Assembly (NCBI GenBank): GCA_964057225.1
Contig: OZ059900.1
Coordinates: forward strand, 9,238,001-9,302,000
Direction of reading: 5' to 3'
DNA from: Auanema rhodensis
Lineage: Eukaryota > Animalia > Nematoda
Length of the DNA: 64,000 bases
Below the pieces are notes generated by a model that was not told the origin of the DNA, ran no database searches, and saw only the letters and a list, made by a program, of their open reading frames with translations. Below, piece after piece: positions 13,451-26,113 of this stretch. How positions within the stretch are numbered: position 1 is the first letter of the stretch; each line of letters starts with the position of its first letter. The translations under genes and the position numbers were made by a program.

Positions 13451-16400
13451 TTAATGATGCTGAATAGCAAGCTGAGGCAATGGAGCTTCCACAGTCAATA
13501 CGCCATCTGTTGAGAGTGTAGATGAAATCAGTTCTGGATTTGTGCCACGAGGCAGAAGGAATTCCTGAAAATCGCTATTCATCAGACTGACAGCCAATCA
13601 TAGACCTATCTAATTTTGTTTCGAACTATAATGTTCTGGTAATATATATGTGAAATCAAGCGTTAATTTCATTATATAGATACATAAGAGTTTCATTATT
13701 ATATTGGAATATATAGATATAGAAACCTACGATTATAAATTTGAAATTGATGATATTTTGATACTTTAAAAGCAATCAGTTTTATAATTTTTAAGGAAAT
13801 CGCATCAATTTTGAAGCTAATACTGTTTTCATAATTTATATGTTATTTCATTCAAAAAATTTCTGTTATAAAACAATATTATGAAATTTGAAAGAAAGTA
13901 TATTTTTGCAAACCTGATTATATTCTCTGAAAACAGTTCGCTGTGGAGTTTTTTCTTCATGCTTTGCGTGAACAAGAAGACGATTATCAATAGTCTTCAC
14001 AGTTACTTCTTCTGGCTTATATTGAGCAACGTCAAATCTAAAAAAAAATTGTAAACGATAGGTTGTGATATAGAAAAAACCTTAAACGGAGAGTTTTTCC
14101 ATCACTCTCATCCTTAATCAAAGGACTCTTGAGATTATCCAAATAAGGATCATATGTTGGACGAGTAGCCATCAAGCTATGAGAATTTGGTCCTCCTGAA
14201 AGAGAGTAAATTACTTTCAAATTTTAAAGGATAGTTTTAATTATGAAAATTGCATCAATTTATATATTTTTTTAAAAACTAGAAATATAGTCTATTATAG
14301 TTGACGTGAAAAGTTTTTGAAAAAATGTTTCCACTGAACTATTAACCAGTATAGACTTTTATGTAATAGTTTCGCTTTGCGGTAGGTTTTCCTTTCGGAA
14401 AAGAGCTATTAAGCATGAAAAAAGCAGTTTATACGAGAAAAAAATATTAATTTAACGCTTGAAAATCCAGATGGGGAATAAAACGTTGACTCGAAGAAGA
14501 AGTATTAGGATTTAGTTCGTCAAAAGAATGCAGAAGTTGATGAAAAGTAGAAGACGGAAGTGAATTGCGTTCGTAGTTCGATAAAGACATTGAGTGAAAA
14601 AGTGAAAAGATTCATCGATGTATAAATCAACATTTTCTACATTTTCTGAATGTAAGTCAGAGACTAAGGAATGAATAGAGAATAAAAAAAGATATGTGAA
14701 AGAAATTTAGCAATAGAATGTGTGAGTTTTAATCCACAAGATGTTTTGATGTCTAATTTATGTTTTTTTTTCTTAGTTCAATCGAATTTTTATGATATTT
14801 TGAGAGTAAAATACGAAATAGTTTATTTTATATTTCCAATTTCAAATACTATTTTGTATAAATATTCAAAATATCTTGATTTAGTAAATAAGGTTATAAA
14901 ATTCATTTGACAATCTGAAATAAAGATATCCGGAAAATAAATAGAAATATTACATAAAGTAGTTTATGCATAAGCAGGCTCTAAAAAGTTGAGAAAAGAA
15001 ACAGAACGTCATGCTGAAGTTTTTTGAACATTATCCTGTGTTGCTGTATTACATTTTGAGAAAAACATGGTGTTCGAAAATAGATGTTGGAGCTGTTCTA
15101 TTTCACAAAATATGGCAAATTAGCGCAATCTATGGTTTGGATGTACACTAATACTTTTTTACTACTAATTCTGCTTGTCAATGAGGTAATTGGATTCAAG
15201 TTGCTTCAAGTTAAACGTGAAAAAAACAATTGAGAAAAAGGGACCACTGCTTCCAAAATTCGCAACACAAGGTTAGTTGAATTAATCTTGATAAATTGAA
15301 GAGAAAATGAAAAAAAGTTGACATTGTCAATAACTTTTCTTGGCAACTTTTCTCATTTTCAAAAGAAGTATCTTTGAAACGGATGTGAAATCAAGTAGAC
15401 GCTAGGGAAGCATATATCTGAACTCATGGATCGCTTCTGGGGACATGCTGCAGGGTAAGCGCCACGCAGACATACATGGGAAGAAATGCTGTGAATAGAA
15501 ACGCATAAACAACTTTTCTTCAAACATTTTTTGTTTATAGTGCTTTACTTTTATTCTCTTTTTTTTCAATCAACAAGATAATATTTCCAGAAAAATGATG
15601 AACTGAAGAATAAAAGTGATGGCAAATATCAGAAAATGTAGAGTATAAGATGCGTTGAAAAACACTTGCATCATATTAAGAATGAAAGTTTCAGAATTTT
15701 GATAACTTAGAATGAGCATATGCCAAAAGACTTTTTCTTTTTCTGTCAAAGAAACATATGAGCTAAGAAATTGCATTTTTCGTTCTATTTCAGTTTGGCT
15801 TGACAATCAACTTTTTTCATCATTTTTTATGATATTTTAAGCATCACATCTCTTCTTTTCTTTGTCTGACTCTTATGTTAGCTCTTGAAAATATTGGATA
15901 TTGCTAATAACATGTCAAAAACGACAGAAATCTATTTTAGTTTCAAACAGCAATTGGTTTCTTGTAAATGATTTTAACCTTCATGTCAAAAATATATGTC
16001 CTACTCAAGCCCTATCTAATAGAAATTAAAATTCCAGGTTGTGCAGAAAAGAAAAATATGTATTTATCCTTATTTTAAATGTTTTTCTCCACATTCCTGT
16101 TCACTGTCATGTATCTCCATCTTATTTTTCTTTAATTTCATCTTTTTAACTAGTACGTCTTTTGCTGTGTACTCACGGCACGCTTCAGCACTCTTCACCT
16201 CTATGGCACTCTCATTTCTCTATATACACTCTAGTTGTTCAATTTATTTTTATCTGCATCTCGTCCCTTTTTCTTCACATATTTAGTTCTTTATTGAGCC
16301 TTACATTCCAGACTAGTATGTGAACAAGGCTACATTTATTCTTTTGCTGTTTTCTTTGACATCTGACAGACCAACAACATACATTTCCTTACATGCATGA

Positions 16401-17287
16401 GCTATTATTCATATTTGTTTAGATTTTTGATCTTGCACTTTTACCAAAAAAGGAATGTTTATTGAGAAAATGAACTAAAAAATTAAATTTAACAGCTGTT
16501 TATAAACTAAGCTTTTCATTTCTGAACCCTTAAGTTGATCAAGCTGATCAAGTTGAAAAGCAATCATTGCAGGAAAAACTTTTTTTTCTGTTTGTGAAAC
16601 AGACTAATACGATTACATACATATTGCTTCTTTAAATAATTTTGCAAAAAAGCCACGGCACTGTTATGCAAATAGTTTTAGATAAACATTATTCATTCTC
16701 TTTCACGTTTAAGCTATATCGTATCGACTGCAACCAACACACCTTTTTTTCGTTTGAATATTTGCAAATTTTTGCCGAATAACTTATCAAAATTTTTCTA
16801 ATTTTGAATTTTTTTGAATTTTCTTATTTTTTCTTTGTGTAATATGAATTATCTGTAAACGAACGTACCTCTGCTAGAGAATGGTGGTGGGGAGAAACTA
16901 TCGCCGTGACGACGGCTTTCTTGATGCTCGGACATCTGGTTATAAGTAGATCCATTTCCGATAGCTGGCTGATGTGGACGATATCCTGACAATAAGAATA
17001 GAATATCATTCGTTTGATGTTTTTAAATATTTAATCAATTATTAAGGATTGTTTAAAGAGAAAAAGAGAATTTCTAATTCGACGAAAGTGAGAAAAGCCC
17101 TATCGAAATTTGTACAGAGAGAACAATTGAATTAAATTGAATATTTACCTTCAAATTCAGCACGAAGACGTCTCATCTCATCTTCAACCCGACGCATTTC
17201 ATGGTCAAAACGATCCCGCATGTTGCCAAACTCGTTGTCAATAACAGAATGGTTAGACTTGTTGATATCAATGCGACGCTCAGACAT
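13451..17287 (-). CDS. hsp-25: Small heat-shock protein HSP-25 (alpha-crystallin domain)
   Basis: Exons 17287-17149 (MSERRIDINKSNHSVIDNEFGNMRDRFDHEMRRVEDEMRRLRAEFE), 16985-16869, 14195-14081 (MATRPTYDPYLDNLKSPLIKDESDGKTLRL), 14037-13914 (FDVAQYKPEEVTVKTIDNRLLVHAKHEEKTPQRTVFREYNQ) and 13564-13451 (EFLLPRGTNPELISSTLSTDGVLTVEAPLPQLAIQHH*). Phases are consistent and the protein closely matches recalled C. elegans HSP-25. Confidence 0.96.
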
Positions 17288-20200
17288 TTTGATCTAACTA
17301 AAAAAAGTTGGATTACAGCAAGAAAATAGGTGACAGATATAGAAATGACAATAGGCAGAACGAGAAATATCAAATTATCGACATCAAATGGTTAAGATTT
17401 CTCTTCATTAAAAAGAAATTAATATATTAGATATGGAAATGATGGCTCGCAATTTTATTATATTAATCGTTAACTATTAGAGATTTTAAAGAAAAAATTG
17501 CTTAATATTGCTTAATAATCAGAAAAGAATAAGGTAAGTAAATGTAGAATACAACAAACTTTGTATTGAGGAGACATAGAAAGAGTGAAGAAGAAATATG
17601 GAGGAAAGGTGAAGAGGTAAAAACAGAAACCTTATAGGCTGCTTCTCTTGCCTATTTGCAAGCAAACAATGAACTTCACCCCTACGTGAAAACTATTGTG
17701 AAGAAGTAACATATCATAAAAATTTAATAATGCTTAACAAATAGTAAATTGAATGAAAAAAAATTTGAAATTTGAAAATAATAGCAAAAAGAAGAAATTA
17801 CGTAATTTATTGTTGAAAAACTTAACAACAAATTTATTTGAAAATGACCGTTAACCTGAAAATGATTACAAAGAGAAGACAACTTTGAACATCACGAGTA
17901 AACAGTCAAAAGTTGTTATATTGAGAAATTTAAACACAAAAATAAGTAGCTAGGAGGTGAAAATCAATAATAATGTAGCCATTCCATCTGTTTTTGCACT
18001 TTTTAGTATGGACAGCAGTTTAGATAAGAATCAATTCGCATGCGATTATAAAATAAAATTGAAATATTTTGTTATTTGGATATATAAAAAAAAGTTTTAA
18101 CAGCCTAATATGAGAAGAAGAAACGTTTAATTTACGAAATCTCGTAGTTGCGCTCTGTATAATATAAATTCGTTACGATGATCACAAATGAATTTTCAAT
18201 GGGACACCGTGAGAGAGGAGGGTGTGGGGGGTGTTGAAGATCTAGCCTGCAGTTCTCAACTGATCTAGGTCATACATTAGAGAATCTTAAACCTATCGTC
18301 CATTAAAATGTCAATAGAAACACTCTTATTCATCATCAACATCAACATCATCAAAATCAGAATTATTTCTCTTTCTATCTCTATCTCTTCTTTCTATCAC
18401 TCAATTCCCTCTCTCTTTTTCATTCTTCATCTATCTATTGAATATTATGAGAACGTCACACTAAACAGCATTAGCATCCACGAGAGAAAAAGATAAATGA
18501 AAACGAAATAAAATGAATGCTTTATATTAAGAATATAAGTTTAAAATAAGAGAAAACATGATGAAAATGTTTTTTTTTCAACAACATCAACACAAACTTT
18601 TCAAACTTCAAGCAAACTTTTTCTGTTCATGGTCGTACTGAGAGAATTAAGCCCTTGAATAATCTGGCATGTAACAATGCTATTAAACAGCTTTCATTTT
18701 TCCTTCGTCACCTTTGCGACGCTGTGGCATGTGTAGGCTGTAATGTAAATACGCCAGTTGTTACTAAGTAACATTTTTTTTCCACATGAGAAATTTTTCA
18801 GGGGTAAAGGCCTACAACATAAAACAAATATCAAAAATAATAACAAATCGGAATTTGTCTGATAGAATATAAGAATGTTAAAGTATTTTTCTGATATATT
18901 GTGGGAGAATAATCAAGAAAAGTATAAGATTCAAATGACAGATAGGCTTAGTAAAATAATGCTCAGATACAGAGTGCATAAACTTTTGAACTTTTGAATG
19001 ACATTGAAATTACAATAGAAATATATGTAAATTATTTCTGATCGTGTGTACATGACAACAAATAGTTTGGTGGCTGAGGATGTAAAATGAGGACATGTCA
19101 AACAATCTTAGACAAGGTCATGTTACTTAGTGTGGCAAAGAAAATATATTTTACTAATCTCAATCCGTAGTTAAACTGAGCATGAAATGCAATGTTTTGG
19201 CAATGTAAACCTAATGAAATATTTCTCAATAACAAATCATGCTATAGTCGTGGATAGACAGTGAATGATAATTGAAATTTCTTCAAGAGAAGATTGAGTC
19301 AGACAGATATTATCAGCTGATATCTTATCTGTGCAATTTATTGCTAAATAAACTGTTGAATATAAAAGAGAAATAAATATTAATTTTGGAAAACATTGCC
19401 CAATAAAGACGTAATATTGCAGGTTTGTCGGAAAACAGAACTGATTTCTCATCTAGTTGTTCAGTTTGAAAAGAAATTACTATAGAGAACTACATCTACC
19501 CTGCTGTGAGACATAAAATGGCCTTCTGACGACCTCCATGACTAGCTTGATATTAGTTCCGTAACTTTGAATGAAGAAAAACTGATACGAATTGATTGAA
19601 TTAGCGGCAAAAACACGATAAATACAACAGAAAGCGATAGATATAGAAAGACACACAACTATATTTCAACCCCTTGAGGATTTATATCAAATATTTCATT
19701 AACGCCAGGGAGAAAGCATGTGTGAAATGAATCAACTAAACTGCTGATTTTATTCATTTCTTAGCTCAATGGCTTTGTTCTTTAAGTTAAACACGAGAAA
19801 TATGGAACCAATAAAGAATGTGCATTAGAAATAAATGTAATAAGATGTAATTCAAGAAAGTCTATATTGAATAAAAAGGATTATATCCAGATGTGTATTA
19901 CAAATATGTTAAATATGTAATCGGAGAATATAATTCATTATCGTGGTGAAAAGGTTTGTCATTCAGTTTGAACTTCAAAATAATTCAAAATATGCGATAA
20001 TCAGCTGCATATTTTGAAATTTTTGGAATTTTTCGTCATTTCCAGTAGCGTATTGATAAGAAAATTGTAGGTATTTTCATGCTATCTCATTAAACGTTTG
20101 TAATCCATATCACAAATGAAATTGTGACGTTGAATTGTATAAAAGATTAGTGAAAAGAAGCAAGAAGGGTGCATCATTAACGATAAATAAGTAAAATTGT

Positions 20201-22217
20201 AAAATAAAATGCTTAAGATATAATTGTTAAACATGTGTGTAACCTGCTGCTGGCTGGAGACTGCTTCGTCTATTTGGCAGTGCAAACATAGTCTGCGTAA
20301 TCGACTGTGTGAGGCATAAGAGATGATGATTTTGTAATGCCGAAGTTGCTGATGATGTTGGTATAGAATAAAAGAAGAGAAATGAGATGGAAAAAAAGAA
20401 AAAGCCGTTATAATATGAAATGAGAGGGTAGAAGGATGTTAGAGAAGACGGGCGGAAGAACGGAAAAGATGGCGACTGCACTGCGCTGGTAAACCTGGGC
20501 AGCAGGCGCGCAAGTGAAAAAGAGAAGAGCAGGAACGTAGAGATGAGAGAGCTGACAAGAGAAATACAAACTACGTGGGCAGGCGTATGGCAAAGAGCGT
20601 TGGTGGAGATGATGATATTGACGACGACGGTCGTGTTGATGAAAATAGGCGAAGGTGCGAGAAAACGCGAATGAGAGAATGGAGGATTAGATACTTTGAA
20701 GAAAGAGAGAAAAAGAATATTCTATGCCTGGATTTCAGAAATTGAGAGAAAGGAAAACCAAACATCGATAATCAGACCGAGGAAATCACATTGGACAGAG
20801 TACAAGAGAGCATTGTAAATGACAGGTCGAAGAAATATAAGGGGCAAATGAAAATCATGAAGAGTTTGTGGTAAAGGGACATGAGAAACATCAGATAAAG
20901 GATATTGAACGTATAAGATGAAGAAGCGGAACATGAAGAAAGTTCGACAGATGCACGTATCGACTGGGAAGAGATAATATACAATGTTATTCTATTGTTG
21001 TTTTCTTCATCCGACATTGTCATTCATGATTTTTGAGAATATCTGTGTACGCCCACGTTCATGTGTTCATCTCAAACCGCATGCCACAAACTTCCCTCAG
21101 GATCATATGTGAAGACAACTGTCTAAGATAAAAAAATTTTTTTCTTCACATTTCGATTCAAGTATGGAGGAGGAAGGGTATTGGCAAAAACAAAGAAAAT
21201 AACAGAACCAACTGATCATGGCTAGAATATCACAACGTTTTATGAAAAATACAGCATAAATACATTCAAAAACGACATATGTGCGCGAAAAAAAAAGTGG
21301 TTACAGAAGCGATCAGCAGAATCATCTGAGGAGGAGAAAAATCATTCATCAACACATTTTTCCTTTCGTTTCTCTCGTTCGCTTTTATTCTCTCTTGCTT
21401 TTTGTGTCTATTTCTTTCTTCGCATGATTCATCTATTATCTGACAATAGAAGCAGATAAAGTGGGTTTAAAGTAAGATAACTGGTAAACAGACGTCCTTA
21501 GTCCTACATATGCATCTCAAGACGTATGCAGAAGGGATCAAATAGATTATTTGCGTACACAACTTTTTTTCTACGTTAATGATTTGACATAATTAATATG
21601 AACAAGCAATTAGTAGTATAGGAATGTGATATGTGATTTGTTGAATAATCAACAAAAACTTAGAAATAATTAGGATATTTCAAACCAATTCAAGTTATCA
21701 TATAGTAAACTAACTATAACGTTATATTTATGTTCTTTTATAAAGTTTAACCAATAAAAATAAAGAAACAAGAAGTATTACACAACAACAAATGAATAAA
21801 TATATATCAAACAAACTTATTTAGAGTTTGAGATATCATATAAGCAAGAGGAGGGTTGGAGTGGGATGTGAGTTCTATAGTCCTCAACAGATGACTCTCA
21901 TCCAATTCACTAACAGTTGTTGTTTTAATGTTGTTCCTAGCTATTAAATCAATTAAATTTCATTGTTACAAATATACGTAAAAAATAGAAAATGATTGAC
22001 GTGCATTCAACACAAGAATCAAGTATACACATAAACATTTGAGAAAAAAAAACATAAAATAGAAATATATATAGCTATTTGTACAGCAAGTATTTCAACA
22101 AATTACAAATCAAATTGTCTGTAATATAATAGACAAATTTAGAAAAAACTATATATAGATATTAATTATAAAGTGGTATACGTATAGTATACGTATGGTA
22201 TATGTTATGAGTAAATA

Positions 22218-25048
22218 CTACGGATGAAAGTGCGGAGTTGAGAGAATAATTGCTGTCAAGCAGACTGTCATGAATAAAGTGAATAGAACAAGGCAAAAAC
22301 GATCCAATACTAATGCTGCATATTTCCAGTCTTCCTGAAATTATATTGATTATACTATAAAATTATTGTATTATTATCGGCTCATTGTGAATACTAATGC
22401 GATGATTCATATGAATATTTAAGTTTAAATCGGAAACTGATGCGCAAAAAGTATCAAAACCCATAGATACAGATTGTTAATTGAGCTGTAAAACTAGTTT
22501 AAACGCAGTTTAAAAACTTTTTTCTTCTTTTAAAATGTTTTCCAGAATGATACAAACCTGATCCATTTTTATCTTCTCCTTTTCATCAAAATGTTCTCGA
22601 ATATGTTTTAAACGATTCAAAATATGCTGATAATATGTTACAACTCGCAAGATATAGGCATTATTTGATGAATCTGTAAAATATATTTTTCATTGTTGAG
22701 TGAAAAATGTTTATTATACTTACTACTTGTACGAACATCTTCCATACATTTTTGTATATATTTTTCTACTTGTGTCATACGCTTAGTTGATTTTGAGCTT
22801 TGACCTTTGCGCATACGTCTACTACTACGAAATATTCCTGAGCCAACTTTACGTTCTAAATGAAGACGCTCCGTAGGAATGCTGCAGCAATTTGTTGATG
22901 AATGTAAGTTTGTAACTGTTTACCTGTGAAGCTTTCGTAAAAGTGGATTATCTTTACGAGGTGGTAAAGAATATGAATCAACACTACGACATGTACACTC
23001 ACATTGTGAAGTTCCTTGACACTATAATATTATTGTATTAATGCTAATATTCAGAAAAACATACATCAAGTGATTCCATAGAAACTAGAAAATTGGTTAC
23101 AGGAGCTGCTCTCCGCTTCTTATAATGCATTCCAGGTCTTTTCATCATCAAAAACCACGGAATCCATTCCAAAAACAATTTATAAAACTAAATTGGCTTA
23201 AAAGAATATACAAATAATTAATTAGCAGCATACTGTTGGTGACATATTACAGTTATGTGGTTGACGATAACGTATATTCAGAACTGTTATTGTAAATGCG
23301 GTTGATACAGATACAAGCAAAGTAAGAGTTGAGAAGAACATGCCTGAAACAAATAAAAAATGTCACTATAGTTTTGAAAAACAATAGTAAATCTCTAACC
23401 AAGTAGTGGTACAGCTTCTGATGTTGGTGGAGTAGCATCACTAACGATTGTAACAAAAAAGCAGAGAGATAGTAATATAGTAGTTTCTAAAACAATTGCA
23501 TGAGTAATTTTCATTTTATCACATTTAATAATCTAACGATATCCAATTTTTTCACTCATATCATGAGCTGGAAGACAAAATCCCATCAGTGTCATAACAG
23601 AGACCAGCAAAGATGGCAATACAATATTAAAAAGATAAAATATTGTTCGTCTTCTGAAATATTTCAGAATGTAATATTCAAATTAAAATGTTCAAAAATC
23701 AATAATGTAGTATGTAAACTATTGATTGAATATAATCTATAACAACAATAAGAGCAGCAAGTAATAGCAGAAAATGGAGGGATTTGAGTAGTCCATTCAA
23801 AACAATATTAAAAAACTTACAAAATTAAATCTTTTTCGAATTATGCTTATTTACATTTTTGCCAAAAAATTTCTTTACTTCTCACCTTAATACCATGTAA
23901 AATGTAACTGTTGAATAAGGCTCAGGACAGCAGGCTGTATAAGTAACTTCACGAATAGCTGGAGCTTTGATAAGATGCCATTCACCACTTGGTGTGTAAG
24001 TTGATAGATCCATGCCATCACTTTCACCATCCTCTCGACTGATATGCAGATCTAATGCATGACCGTGATATGTCCAACTTCCAAACTAATAAGAAAAATT
24101 TGATTAAATTCGAGCAAATGATATTATTTGATTCATATTTTTGTTTTTATTTGTTTAGTTCTAATGTTTTCTTTTTTAAAAGTTACGTGATATCACCTTA
24201 AGATAGCATGTCTGCTCATCAAATGGAAAATATGTAATATCCATTTTGCAACTAGCACGAAAGATTCCTGGAGGCACCCAATTCACTTCACCTGTATGAT
24301 ATACAACTTCGTTCGATTTAAATGTTGAATCGTATTCTTCACTTGCACTGAAAAGCACAAATATGATTTTTTCCGGCAGAAAATTTGTCTTTCAAAGCAA
24401 TTTTCATTTTTCATATTTCTGGCTTTAATATTGAATTTGGCCGTAATCAGTTCACCTATTATATAAAAGTACATCAGGACGCCAAATTTGATTTTCGCCT
24501 CCAGCAAAGCGTATACTAGTTATTCCACCATATTTGGCCGAATCCCAAGCTAGTCGGTAATCTATCCAGATCTATAATATATGTTTTTTATTTAACAATT
24601 CTCTTTTGAATGTTGCATTTTACATATTTAAGCCACGCATTTAATTCAATTATTTGATCTTTACCATCCTAAAATTTGAGATAATATGATGATAGAATAA
24701 TAATATGTAGTTATACCAATCCCATAATTTGTTGAAGAAATACTTTCATTTCAACGTTCAAGGCTTGAGATGAATTACGTACAGGACGCACTAGTTTACT
24801 ATAGTTATTTAGAATATCTCTGTAATTTATCATTTTTATTTTATGCTTTTTAGAAAATATAATTAATTTTTCTCCAGTTTCACTTATGAAAATTAATATT
24901 TAAGCAGAAAAAAATGATATCAATATATAACGAACCTGTACAGCTGATTCTCAATTTTACTGGCAGCTGTCTGCTTAAATAATAAAAGAATCAAAATAAT
25001 GATAGTAGCTGATATAGAAATATATAATTTGCTCATATCGATATACAT
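22218..25048 (-). CDS. Nicotinic acetylcholine receptor alpha subunit, ACR-16 (alpha7-like) group, ACR-7/ACR-14-like
   Basis: Signal peptide; QLYRDILNNYSKLVRPVRN; IWRPDVLLYN; Cys-loop CKMDITYFPFDEQTC; FGSWTYHG; loop C YTACCPEPY; M1-M3 RRTIFYLFNIVLPS...PAHDMSEKIGY...TTILLS...PPTSEAVPLL; M4 DWKYAALVLDRFCL...PHFHP*. Confidence 0.93.
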
Positions 25049-26065
25049 AGTTTTAATAATTTTGAATGTCTATACTTTATAAATATATAGATATCGATAT
25101 AGATATATAAATGAAGAAATGTGTGTGTGTGTGTGAGTGATGTTGGATATGTATGTATGCAGAGAATAGATGACTTTCAGACGTATCGGTAAGATACAAA
25201 TGTTACGTCGAAATCCACTTGAAGATGTTGTTTGCATTAATTTTGATCTTCTGCGATATTATATGTAATACTCTCGCATTGATTGTTTCACGAAGAAGGG
25301 GAAGAGTAGAGATTGAAAAATAAAAAAAATTATATATTTCATTTATTTGTTTGTTTATTGCAATATTGATATTTCAAATATATGAATATAGCGTATAAAT
25401 ATGCTGATTGTTTGAAAATCGAAATGAGCAAAATGCTTTCAAACTAAAAGTTTTTGTATATTACTTCTTAGTTTTTCAATTATGAGTCTTAGTTTTAAGT
25501 TATTTGTAAAAATGTTTGTACTTGTTTTGTTTTCTGGGCATTTGTTTGGAAATTGAGATGATTATTCAAGATTCACGTCACATACATAAACTTTTTTGTT
25601 CCGTTGAATTACAATTTAGTATATTGTTGTTCAATATTAAAAAAGCAGCTGCAGCAATTGAATAAGTTTTTTTATTTTGAGGAATTGAAGAAAAAAAAAC
25701 AGTTTTTTATTAAGTTTTTTGTTCATAACATATATAATATATATTATTGTTCATATTAGATGTATATATATATATATATTTAAAGTTTTCTTTTAGTTGC
25801 TCAAAAGGGACACCTTCTTCTACTTCTGCAGTTGAGAAATAGAGTGTCTCTGATAGCAATTTGGAGTCAAACATCAGTTTTCCATTATCATGAAATAAAT
25901 GAAATTAAAGATATTGATAGCCAGTTGCATTCGATGGACGCTTTTTTTGGACTTTTAATAAATTTTTTTGATTTGTAAAGGCTGTGATCACAATGAGGGA
26001 AGCATGAACTAGTTATCTGAAGTGTTTAGTGTCAGTTGATTATGTATAATATACATATACTATAT

Positions 26066-26069
<4 letters not shown>

Positions 26070-26106
<37 letters not shown>
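26070..26106. repeat. (TA)n microsatellite
   Basis: Uninterrupted TA run. Confidence 0.9.
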
Positions 26107-26113
<7 letters not shown>

